Source: an uncultured Methanosarcinales archaeon
GTDB taxonomy: Archaea > Nanobdellota > Nanobdellia > Woesearchaeales > CAYVYK01
Assembly (NCBI GenBank): GCA_964455675.1
Contig: CAYVYK010000001.1
Coordinates: forward strand, 202,463 to 234,746
Direction: 5' to 3'
DNA length: 32,284 nucleotides
Part shown: one piece after another, positions 1-8,018 of the stretch
Layout: every line of letters begins with the position of its first letter
Numbering within the stretch: the first letter of the stretch is position 1
Notes under the pieces: model-generated
What the model was told of the DNA's origin: nothing
Seen by the model: only the letters and a program-made list of their open reading frames with translations
Databases searched by the model: none
Program-made: the position numbers and the translations under genes

Positions 1-824
1 TGTGAGCCAAGGAGGATGAAGAACAGTATGATGAAGAAGTCACGTAGGTATTTGAGCTTGCTGCTTATCTCATAGTGGTAGGGTGTGAGTGCGAGGGTGA
101 CTCCCGCAAGGAGCGCGCCGATCTCGACGGATAGCCCAAAGTACGCAAAGAGTGATGCGAGCGCAAGGCACCATCCGATGGAGAAGAGGAAGAGGTATTC
201 TTGTGATTTTGCTATTGCTCCGCCGATGCGGGGGAATATGTAAAGTGCGATGGCTCCAAGAACAATCACTAGTGCAAAGCATTTTGCAAGGTTAAAGAGT
301 CCCATAGTAAGCATGGACTCTCCGCTTCCTGAGAGGAACATGAGGGCAAATATGGCGATGAGGTCCTGCATGATGAGAATACCCATGGTGATTCTGCCGT
401 AGAGTGATTCATTTTCTCCTTTGTCCGTAAGTATTTTCATGACGATGATCGTGCTGCTAAACGTTAGCGCAACCGCAAGGAAGAGTGATGCGCTATTCGA
501 AAATCCTAGAAGGAGTGATAGGCCAAACGCAGCAGCTCCAGTGAGTAACACTTGTCCGATTCCTGCAACAACAATGACCACTCCAACATCGCGAATCATT
601 CGAGGATTAAGGTTAAGACCGACGATGAAGAGAAGTAGGGCAACTCCGATGCGCGCTAGCGTGGTGAGTGTCTCAGAGTGGTCGATAAGATGGAGGAAGC
701 TGACGACAATACCTGTGATGATGTAGCTGATGATGAGCGGTTGTTTGAGAATCCGCGCGATTGTGGCGACGGCGAGAACAAGAATCATGATCAGGCTGAC
801 TTCCGTGAATACTTCCGCGACCAT
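1..824 (-). CDS. Cation:proton antiporter, CPA2/Kef (KefB/KefC-like) family; 3' end runs off the window
   Basis: Not in the ORF track because it has no stop in the window. Manual translation from ATG 824 (SD GAGGTGA): MVAEVFTEVSLIMILVLAVATIARILKQPLIISYIITG...IGVALLLFIVGLNL...ALTFSSTIIVMKILTDKGE...YGRITMGILIMQDL. This has the CPA2 SST and G-ILxxQD motifs and many TM helices. Confidence 0.88.
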   Translation of the reverse strand, partial: MVAEVFTEVSLIMILVLAVATIARILKQPLIISYIITGIVVSFLHLIDHSETLTTLARIGVALLLFIVGLNLNPRMIRDVGVVIVVAGIGQVLLTGAAAFGLSLLLGFSNSASLFLAVALTFSSTIIVMKILTDKGENESLYGRITMGILIMQDLIAIFALMFLSGSGESMLTMGLFNLAKCFALVIVLGAIALYIFPRIGGAIAKSQEYLFLFSIGWCLALASLFAYFGLSVEIGALLAGVTLALTPYHYEISSKLKYLRDFFIILFFILLGS

Positions 825-897
825 CCTTCACCTCTCTATTCTTTCACCATTGTTGCGGATATTTAAATGTTCACGAATAGAACACTCAAGAAAGTAC

Positions 898-2934
898 TCA
901 GATCTTGCTGATGAATCCTTTGCGTGGTTCGAATACATCCCCTTCTCTTTTCAGCCGTTCGAGAACTTCGTCAACGGTGCTTCGGTCAAGCCCTCGTTCT
1001 TGTGCGACGGCGATGATATCCTCGATCTGGATGCTCTTGCCAAGCTCTTTCTCGAGTTCATTGATGATTTCCTTGACGGTAACGATCTTGTTGCGTTTGC
1101 TTGCTGGCATGTCGCTTGCGATGCGGTCGATATCGATCGTTCCTGTTTCAGTGTCAAATGCAATCTGCCGTAGACAGAAGTTGAGGAGCGCAATTGCGCG
1201 TTGTGCATCCTCGCGGATGACTTTTTGTCGGAGATGGATTTTTGCGCTTGCTTCCGCAAGCCTGATGAGTCCCTCAAGCTGCCTGGCAGAGATGGGGATT
1301 GACTTGATGCCTGATTCTGTCGTCCCTGATGCGCGCATCTTGAGGTAATATTCGCGTATTTCTTCGCTTGCTTCCTTCGTGAGGATTGGTTTTATTGTCT
1401 GTTTTGCGTATGCGATGTATTTGCGGAGCAATCGGTCATCGATATCCGGCTCTTGTCCGACGGGTGTTCCTGTTCGGTGCAGCTCGAGGAGGAATGTTGC
1501 AAGCTTGTCATCTTTTGCTTGGTCAGGTAAGTCTTTGATCGGAAAGATCAGGTCAAACCTATTGATGAGTGTGCTCGGAAGATCGATTTGTTCCGCTATC
1601 GTTCCGTACGGATCGAACCTTCCAAACTTTGGGTTTGCCGCGGCAAGTACGGTTGTCTCGCACCGGAGCGTTGCCTGGATGTTTGCTTTTGAGATCGTTA
1701 CGGTTTGTCCTTCGAGTGCTTCATGCATGGCGCTCGTGTCGTCCTTGCTCATCTTGTCGAGTTCGTCAATGCAGCAGATGCCGCGGTTAGCAAGAACGAG
1801 CGCTCCTGCTTCAAGGCTCCATCCTCCAAGAAAGTCATCCTTGACAACGGTTGCAGTTAGCCCTGCTCCGGAAACTCCTTTTCCTGAGATGAATTTTGCT
1901 TTGGGTGAGACGACATTGATGCGCTTAAGGAGCATTGACTTTCCGCTTCCAGGATCTCCCACAAGGAGCATATGAATATCCCCTCGTGTTACGACGCCGT
2001 CATTGCGTTTCTTGCGAACGCCTCCGACAAGTTGTAAAAGCGCGGCTTCTTTGATCTCATCATGTCCATAGATGCTTGGTACGATGGAATTGCGTAGCTT
2101 GTGCATGACCCTCGGGTCTTCCGAGATGATCTTGATCTGCTCAAGTTCCGCGTCCGATACTTTGAGGTCGAGGAATTCCTCCTCCATAGGTTTGACGGAA
2201 TTTGCCTCAAGCATAATATCAAATCGTGTGCTTTGCTGTCCCGATCGTGAGAATATTGGCACTTCTTTGAGGATGCCGACAACTTGGATTTTGCTTCCCG
2301 GATTTGTTTTTTTATCCGATATTGGGCTGACAAGGTCATTCTTGAGGAAGATAGATATTCTTTTAGGTTGTTCTCCTCCTTCAAGGTCTTCGCTTGCTTC
2401 TTCAAGCACGAGTTTTTGTGCATCAACCATTTCTTTATGGATGAGTCTGAATTTTCCTTTGCGTCCGCATCCGCATTTCGTCGGCTCCTTGAGATTGGAA
2501 TCAAGTTGAAGGATGGATATGATGTTCCCGCAGCTTGGGCATTCGAACTTGCTCGATGTGACTTGGGGTCGCACGTCGCTTTTTTGTCGTACGGCTCCCT
2601 CAATGACAAGAAATTTCTGTAGGTGTTTGCTGCGGATGTTGCGGATGAGGATCTTTGCTGTTTCTGGAAGGCCGTAGAATCTTGGCACGAATCCCTGAGC
2701 GTCCTGGTCGAACTGTTCTACCGCGATTTCTCCCGCTTTCAGGATGTCATCTGGTTTTTCGAGGAGGAGTTCGGCAAGGGCAGGGTCAAACTCGCTGAGC
2801 TTGGAGAATTCGAGGTCGATATAGCGGTCTCCTTTGCGTATCTGGTCAAGAAGCTCCGCATAGTACCTTCCTTCGATGAAGTCATGCATGCGCTTGATTT
2901 GTGTTGGCGCATCGAGGTAGTCTTGCTTCTCCAT
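898..2934 (-). CDS. mcm: Replicative DNA helicase MCM
   Basis: Zn finger CPSC...CGC, Walker A GDPGSGKS, Walker B IDELDKM, HEALEGQTVTISKA, AAANPKFGRF, ARQLEGLIRL, C-terminal wHTH. No intein. Confidence 0.98.
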   Translation of the reverse strand: MEKQDYLDAPTQIKRMHDFIEGRYYAELLDQIRKGDRYIDLEFSKLSEFDPALAELLLEKPDDILKAGEIAVEQFDQDAQGFVPRFYGLPETAKILIRNIRSKHLQKFLVIEGAVRQKSDVRPQVTSSKFECPSCGNIISILQLDSNLKEPTKCGCGRKGKFRLIHKEMVDAQKLVLEEASEDLEGGEQPKRISIFLKNDLVSPISDKKTNPGSKIQVVGILKEVPIFSRSGQQSTRFDIMLEANSVKPMEEEFLDLKVSDAELEQIKIISEDPRVMHKLRNSIVPSIYGHDEIKEAALLQLVGGVRKKRNDGVVTRGDIHMLLVGDPGSGKSMLLKRINVVSPKAKFISGKGVSGAGLTATVVKDDFLGGWSLEAGALVLANRGICCIDELDKMSKDDTSAMHEALEGQTVTISKANIQATLRCETTVLAAANPKFGRFDPYGTIAEQIDLPSTLINRFDLIFPIKDLPDQAKDDKLATFLLELHRTGTPVGQEPDIDDRLLRKYIAYAKQTIKPILTKEASEEIREYYLKMRASGTTESGIKSIPISARQLEGLIRLAEASAKIHLRQKVIREDAQRAIALLNFCLRQIAFDTETGTIDIDRIASDMPASKRNKIVTVKEIINELEKELGKSIQIEDIIAVAQERGLDRSTVDEVLERLKREGDVFEPRKGFISKI

Positions 2935-2997
2935 GGGTAGAGCTCACGCTATGCTTGCATTAATATGGTCCGTCCCCGCCTGTCCTGTGGTTCCCCC

Positions 2998-3555
2998 TTA
3001 CTTAACCACTTTCTTGAGATTCGCGATGAGCAGGTCCATCGTCTTGTGGGCGTCTTCTTCGCTTTTCGTGCCCGTGCAGACGATCTTTCCATTGCTAAAG
3101 AGGAGGAATGTTGCCTTTGCTTCCTTGAGCTTGTACACGAGCCCTGGGAACTGTTCCGGCTCGTACTCAGTGTTTTCAAGCTTCATGGCAAGCGTATTGA
3201 GGTTAAGGTCCATTCCGACGCTTCCTGCTGCTACGATATTTTGGACATTGATTTTTGGCTCGATCTTGACCTTGATGCCTATTTTCTGGAGGCTCTTGAT
3301 GATCTTGTTGATGCTTTCGCGTACTTCATCAAGGGTCTTTGCTCCTGTGCAGACGACCTTGCCCGAGCTAAAGATGAGCGCAGAGGTCTTTGGGTCCTTG
3401 ATCCGGATGACAAGGCCCGGAAATTGCTCGGGATTGTATTCAGTATTTGAGAGCGTCGCGGCCATCTTCTCGAGCGGAATCAAGTGCTCTAAGGATGTAC
3501 TAACGACGATGTTCACAACTTTTAGGTCTCGTTTGGATTCCTTTGCCTTTGTCAT
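2998..3555 (-). CDS. tbp: TATA-box binding protein
   Basis: Two TBP repeats: NIVVS...YNPEQFPGL...LIFSSGKVVCTGAK and NIVAAG...YEPEQFPGL...LLFSNGKIVCTGTK. SD GGGGAG. Confidence 0.98.
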   Translation of the reverse strand: MTKAKESKRDLKVVNIVVSTSLEHLIPLEKMAATLSNTEYNPEQFPGLVIRIKDPKTSALIFSSGKVVCTGAKTLDEVRESINKIIKSLQKIGIKVKIEPKINVQNIVAAGSVGMDLNLNTLAMKLENTEYEPEQFPGLVYKLKEAKATFLLFSNGKIVCTGTKSEEDAHKTMDLLIANLKKVVK

Positions 3556-3601
3556 GATGCATCCACTCCCCAGGATTTTTAAAGACCTAAAATCGCTTTT
3601 G

Positions 3602-3627
3602 TTTATAAATACTTCTATTTATAAATA
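3602..3627. promoter_or_regulatory. Doubled TATA box (TTTATAAATA-CTTC-TATTTATAAA) upstream of tbp, within an AT-rich tract
   Basis: Perfect 10-bp inverted repeat 3602-3611/3616-3625; also a direct repeat TTTATAAATA at 3602 and 3618. Confidence 0.6.
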
Positions 3628-3661
3628 AAGAAATTGCGTCGCATATGTTTCATACACCGTG

Positions 3662-3767
3662 CCCCAATCTCTTCCTCTGGAATTTCATGGTTATAACGCG
3701 TTAAAACCTTGTTTTCTATCATCCAACTCTCCATTCCGTAAATGGAACCCCATCATTTCATATGGAG
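3662..3767 (-). promoter_or_regulatory. Two ORB-like (Orc1/Cdc6 origin recognition box) elements; candidate oriC
   Basis: Minus strand 3767-3747 CTCCATATGAAATGATGGGGT and 3682-3662 TTCCAGAGGAAGAGATTGGGG. Both fit the ORB pattern TCCA-N3-GAA(A)-N4/5-GGGG. They lie in a 313-bp intergenic gap next to an AT-rich tract. Confidence 0.55.
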
Positions 3768-3868
3768 TATTGGGTAGTTGAAGCAGTAAAAAAAGAGTAT
3801 ATTCCATTGAGTATTTTCTGATATACACACTCAGCAAATCACATTCGCTCCGAGAATGATCCAATTGC

Positions 3869-4645
3869 TTAATACACTTTGAGAAGCTTACGGAGGGCCA
3901 TGCTGCTGATGATTGAGAGAATAATGTATGTACCAAGCCACCCGAGTTTCCATCCAAAGAGATTGAGCACGATGAGCTTGTTATGCTCAACAACCAACGC
4001 TTTGAAGGGTGAGTCTTTCTGTGGGATGATTGGCTGTTCGTAATCGAGGCCGTTTGTGATCGTGACGTATCGTGTCGCTCGCGCTCCTCCATGTTCAAAT
4101 TCAAGGAAATACCTGCCGGACCCAGCTTTGAGCACCCATCGTGCTTTTCCGTCCTCGATTGGGATCGCGCTCGCGTTCAATAGCATGATGTTCGTGCTGT
4201 TTGCGCCAGTTGTGGCGTCTCCAAATCGTAACGTGACATTGCCGCTGATTCCTTCGTTTGCCTCGACACCTGCTATGAATGGCATGTTTGGTTTAAGTGA
4301 TTCCGCGCCAAGGTGTCCATTCATCCACCCGAACACAAGGATGATCGGGAGAAATGTGATAAGCGTTGCCCGCATGCTCTGCATCATGTACTTCATGTTT
4401 TTTTCCATGGCAGACTTCTGGATCTCCATCATCTTTTTTGGATCGCTCTTGAGTTTTTTCATGCGCTCCTGATCTTTTTTCAGGTCATCTTTTAGTTGCT
4501 TCATTAGCGTCTGATTCGTCGCGTACTTGTAGATGATAGTGATTAAGAAAGATATCACAATTGACATGATAACAACAGTCCAGAGTGGTCCGACTGCGTT
4601 AAGGAGTGGCTTGAATACCGGGTTGAGAATCGTATCTAATACCAT
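3869..4645 (-). CDS. DUF106 / EMC3-TMCO1 (Oxa1 superfamily) membrane insertase with an extra soluble domain
   Basis: TM1, coiled coil (LMKQLKDDLKKDQERMKK...MMEIQKSAMEKNMKYM), TM2 (TLITFLPIILVFGW), C-terminal LGWLGTYIILSIISSMALRKLL. Conserved position after secY. Confidence 0.9.
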   Translation of the reverse strand: MVLDTILNPVFKPLLNAVGPLWTVVIMSIVISFLITIIYKYATNQTLMKQLKDDLKKDQERMKKLKSDPKKMMEIQKSAMEKNMKYMMQSMRATLITFLPIILVFGWMNGHLGAESLKPNMPFIAGVEANEGISGNVTLRFGDATTGANSTNIMLLNASAIPIEDGKARWVLKAGSGRYFLEFEHGGARATRYVTITNGLDYEQPIIPQKDSPFKALVVEHNKLIVLNLFGWKLGWLGTYIILSIISSMALRKLLKVY

Positions 4646-4652
4646 AACTTCC

Positions 4653-6056
4653 TCATTGCATGAACTTCTTGACGAGCGGGTTCATGTCCATCATGTGGTG
4701 TCGTGCAATATCCTCGTAGAGCTTGTAGATAATCATGACAGTGAGGAGAATGCCCGTGCCTCGTGATAGTGCACCAGTAAGATCTGCAAGGGCTGCGAGG
4801 AATCCAACAGCAATCGCTCCCATGATGGTAAGCGGCCAGATATATCTGTCGAGGAGTCGCTCAAGTACTCGTTCGTCTTTCCTAAATCCTGGAACTTGGA
4901 GTCCTGATGCCATGATCTGTTTTGCTTGGCTTCGCGCGTCCATCCCGCTTGTCTGTACCCAGAAGATAGCAAAGATGACCGCTCCCACAATCATGAAGAG
5001 CATGTAGAGCAGTGCTTCCCCGACGACACTCCAGGAAAAGTTGCCTTGGATGATCATTTGTACAATCTGTGGTCCATTGAGTGTTGCGACAAGTCCGACT
5101 GGATTGCCGACGCTGTCATATCCTCCGATGAACGGAAGTGGATTCCCATTCCCTATCCAGTTTTGGAGGAGTCGTGCCCAGAGTTGTACGTTTGCCATGA
5201 GCGCTGCAACAAGGATGACTGGAATGTTCGATGTATACATGAAGCTAAGCGGCCATCTGATGCCGTGTCCTCGGATGCGTCCAAATGATAATGGGATCTC
5301 CACTTTCATGGCTTGTGCGTAGATAGAGATGACAAAAACAAGGATGGTTGCGACAATTCCACTGAGCATGAGTAGGGCTGTGGTTGTATCACCTTGTGAT
5401 ACGCTTTGGAAGAGCGCCGGGATTGCTCCTGAAGATATCGTGGGATTCGTGGGTGAAGGCAGGAAGTTGAGTGCTCTGACAAAGACTTGCTGGCATACTC
5501 CTGCGGCGATGAATAGGCTGATTCCGCTCCCAAATCCCCATTTGCTCACGACTTCGTCCATGAACATGATGAGGATTCCTCCGAGGAACAATTGTAGGAT
5601 GAGGATGACTTCAAGTCCCCAGAAGAGTCCGGTACCGCGTAGTGCCGGGTCTGGCGCGAGGCCTCCCATGAATACGTAGATGGATCCTTCAAAGAGGATG
5701 AAGAAAAGGCTGAGGACTTTCTGAACGCCTTGGAAGTGTTTTTTTCCTTCATGTGTCGTGAGGTCAAATTTCCAAAGTCCGCTTCCGTTGAGAAGCTGCA
5801 GGACGATGGATGCCGTGACGATGGGCCCTATTCCGAGTGATATGATACTGCCAAAGCTTGCGCCAAGGATGATAGCAAGGTATTCAAATTGCGCAAGTGC
5901 GTTTTGTCCAAGTCCAAAGAGGGGAACCGCGCTGAGCACGAAGAAAAGGACAAGGATGATGAGTGTCCACTTGATCTTTTCCTTGAATGATAGGATGCGC
6001 TGCGTCGGTCCGGTAACTTCCGGAAGGTTATCAACGATAGTATCCCAGATACCCAT
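4653..6056 (-). CDS. secY: Preprotein translocase subunit SecY (Sec61alpha)
   Basis: SLGIGPIVTASIVLQLL, DEVVSKWGFGSGISLFIAAG, YTSNIPVIL, GLQVPGFR, GTGILLTVMI. Confidence 0.98.
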   Translation of the reverse strand: MGIWDTIVDNLPEVTGPTQRILSFKEKIKWTLIILVLFFVLSAVPLFGLGQNALAQFEYLAIILGASFGSIISLGIGPIVTASIVLQLLNGSGLWKFDLTTHEGKKHFQGVQKVLSLFFILFEGSIYVFMGGLAPDPALRGTGLFWGLEVILILQLFLGGILIMFMDEVVSKWGFGSGISLFIAAGVCQQVFVRALNFLPSPTNPTISSGAIPALFQSVSQGDTTTALLMLSGIVATILVFVISIYAQAMKVEIPLSFGRIRGHGIRWPLSFMYTSNIPVILVAALMANVQLWARLLQNWIGNGNPLPFIGGYDSVGNPVGLVATLNGPQIVQMIIQGNFSWSVVGEALLYMLFMIVGAVIFAIFWVQTSGMDARSQAKQIMASGLQVPGFRKDERVLERLLDRYIWPLTIMGAIAVGFLAALADLTGALSRGTGILLTVMIIYKLYEDIARHHMMDMNPLVKKFMQ

Positions 6057-6078
6057 GTACTGTGCAAAACAGCCAGCT

Positions 6079-6102
6079 CTTTTTATAGGTTATGGTTTTT
6101 AA
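6079..6102 (-). promoter_or_regulatory. Putative secY promoter (TATA-like elements, leaderless spacing)
   Basis: Minus-strand CTATAAAAAG about 25-30 nt upstream of the secY ATG, plus TTTAAAAA near 6095-6102. Confidence 0.45.
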
Positions 6103-6249
6103 AGAGTTTGTGCCTCATTTGTCGCCTTCTGTTCGCCCAAGGCCCATCCACTGGTGAGAGCCTGCAAGAGATTTTTTTCACGAGTTCTGCAGTAAGGTAT
6201 ATATAGGTTCAATGTTCAGACTCAACGTAGCAGTACGAGAGGTTTGCTC

Positions 6250-7155
6250 ATGCACAAGTCAGTTCCATGGATTGTTTCATTTGTTGTGATTATCTCATTC
6301 GTTCTCTTGGGGATCTCCTCAGAGATTAGGCCAGCAGAAACGGCGAATGCGATTAATCTGATGCCGTCTGCTCCGATGCTGGGTAACCCTCCCCCTTTGC
6401 AGCCAAAGAAGAACTGCCCAACATGCACTGATTCGGATCCATTCCAGGATCCATTCTTTGCAGGCATCGTGAAAGTCACGTACTGTAGTCCGTACGGATC
6501 TGCGGAACCTAGGACCATGACCTATCCCGATTATTGCGACGGTAACTACGTCGTGCAAGCGTACTGTTCTCGCGACGATCCATCTTCTTCGGATGCTTCT
6601 CTCGTCGGATTTACCTACACCCACTGTGAATATGGATGCACGAGTGGCATATGCAAGTATCCCAAGATATTTGTCACAAATGACACGTTTAACGGCAGCC
6701 TTGATGGTTTCCGTGGTGCGGACTTCGAGTGTATGAGCGCTGCCGCAATATCCGGTCTTGGTGGTATGTGGAAGGCCTGGCTCTCGAATGGGACGGTGGA
6801 CGCAAGGACTCGGATGGTGCAGTCGCCGATTCCGTATGAGCGCGTTGATGGCGTAAGGATCGCGAATAATTGGAATGACTTGACTGATGGTACATTGCAG
6901 AATCCTATCAGCGTAAATGAGCTTGGCCGTCAAGTGGATTTGCTTGGTGCTGTGTGGACTGGAACAGACTTCGCGGGAGTCTCATTTGGGCCCAACTGTG
7001 ATAGCTGGCACAACTCACTATACACTGCATTTGGTGAATCCGGGTATCATAATGCAACTGACGCGCGCTGGACGGTATACAGTATGGATCACTGTTCCTA
7101 CGAGCGTCACCTCTACTGTGTACAGCAGCCTACGTGGTCTGGTTACCTTCCTTAA
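6250..7155 (+). CDS. Secreted/membrane-anchored Cys-rich protein with DUF1554 (endostatin/C-type-lectin-like) domain
   Basis: ATG 6250 preferred over TTG 6244. N-terminal hydrophobic helix; Cys module CTDSD...DYC...AYC...CEYGCTSGIC; then KIFVT...GSLDGFRGADFEC...WKAWLS...IANNWNDL...VWTGT...C..W...LYCVQQ. TATATATA about 45 nt upstream. Confidence 0.8.
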   Translation: MHKSVPWIVSFVVIISFVLLGISSEIRPAETANAINLMPSAPMLGNPPPLQPKKNCPTCTDSDPFQDPFFAGIVKVTYCSPYGSAEPRTMTYPDYCDGNYVVQAYCSRDDPSSSDASLVGFTYTHCEYGCTSGICKYPKIFVTNDTFNGSLDGFRGADFECMSAAAISGLGGMWKAWLSNGTVDARTRMVQSPIPYERVDGVRIANNWNDLTDGTLQNPISVNELGRQVDLLGAVWTGTDFAGVSFGPNCDSWHNSLYTAFGESGYHNATDARWTVYSMDHCSYERHLYCVQQPTWSGYLP

Positions 7156-7170
7156 CGCGTTGACGAACAG

Positions 7171-7189
7171 ATAGAAAAAGGGAAAAACA
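7171..7189 (-). terminator. Oligo-T terminator of the r-protein operon
   Basis: Minus strand TGTTTTTCCCTTTTTCTAT immediately after the uL15 stop. Confidence 0.5.
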
Positions 7190-7633
7190 TTATTCTTTCG
7201 TCTTTTCTGTGATGACGCTTCCGCCGGCTTCCGTGATCTTGCGTGCAGCGCTTGGAACCGCTTTTGCTATGTGTGCCTGTATCTTTTTCGTGACTTTTCC
7301 TGTTCCAAGGAGTTTGGTGTATCCGAGCTCGGTCAGATTGACTTGAAATATTCCGTCCTTTGATTGTGCTTTTTTTTGGGTGACCCAGTAGAGTATCTTT
7401 TCGTCAAGTTCGCTGACGTTGATTGTCTTGTCTATGACAGTATCCTGGATCTTGAATCCGTATTTTCCAAAGTACTTGGGGTTGTTCCAGATTGATGGTT
7501 TCTTGCTGTCTGCGCGCTTTCCGGTTCCGGCATTTCCCCATCCGCCTTTGTTTCCTTTTCCGCGGTGCTTCTTGTGGCTTCCCCATCCATTTGTTCTGCT
7601 TCCTCGCAGCCGGTGTGTTTTTCGTTGTCTCAT
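7190..7633 (-). CDS. rpl15: 50S ribosomal protein uL15
   Basis: RGSRTNGWGSHKKHRGKGNKGGWGNAG, KLLGTG; operon position. Confidence 0.97.
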   Translation of the reverse strand: MRQRKTHRLRGSRTNGWGSHKKHRGKGNKGGWGNAGTGKRADSKKPSIWNNPKYFGKYGFKIQDTVIDKTINVSELDEKILYWVTQKKAQSKDGIFQVNLTELGYTKLLGTGKVTKKIQAHIAKAVPSAARKITEAGGSVITEKTKE

Positions 7634-7637
7634 GGTC

Positions 7638-8018
7638 TCACAGCATTTTTTGTATGATGAGGTTGATCTTTTCGCCGCGGTATCCGAGTGCTCCTCCGAT
7701 CGAGAAGTTCTTCTTGATTCCCTTGCGGGCGTATCCTCCTCGTGGTGGGTGCAGCCTATAGACTGCGCTTTCGACCTTTTCTCCTTTGATAATCTTTGTT
7801 TCTCCGCGGGCTTGTTTCATCTTAGCGAGTGCTTCGTCCGTGACTTCTCCCCACGTGACGTAATCATTGACTTTCTTGATCATTCCAAGGTATGTCGTAT
7901 TTCGAGGTACGATGACGCAGTTGTTCTTTGCCTTAAGGCCTAGCATGTCAAGTGTGTCTGCGATACTTTTCTCAATGCCTGTCGTTCCGCGGATGCGGAT
8001 GATGGCGAGCTGCTTCAT
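7638..8018 (-). CDS. rpl30: 50S ribosomal protein uL30
   Basis: Start ATG 8018 overlaps the uS5 stop (ATGA). MKQLAIIRIRG...DTLDMLGL...YVTWGE...RLHPPRGG...GALGYRGEKIN. Confidence 0.95.
   Translation of the reverse strand: MKQLAIIRIRGTTGIEKSIADTLDMLGLKAKNNCVIVPRNTTYLGMIKKVNDYVTWGEVTDEALAKMKQARGETKIIKGEKVESAVYRLHPPRGGYARKGIKKNFSIGGALGYRGEKINLIIQKML

Noticed and set aside
898..2934. Possible intein in MCM
   Set aside because: The 678-aa length and contiguous motifs leave no room for one.
2933..3628. 231-aa plus-strand ORF and the many other antisense ORFs over conserved genes
   Set aside because: Shadow frames of tbp, mcm, secY and r-protein genes, with no recognisable motifs.
3615..3810. Short minus-strand ORFs (35-38 aa) in the tbp-DUF106 gap
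   Set aside because: No recognisable motif; the region is better explained by ORB-like and TATA elements.
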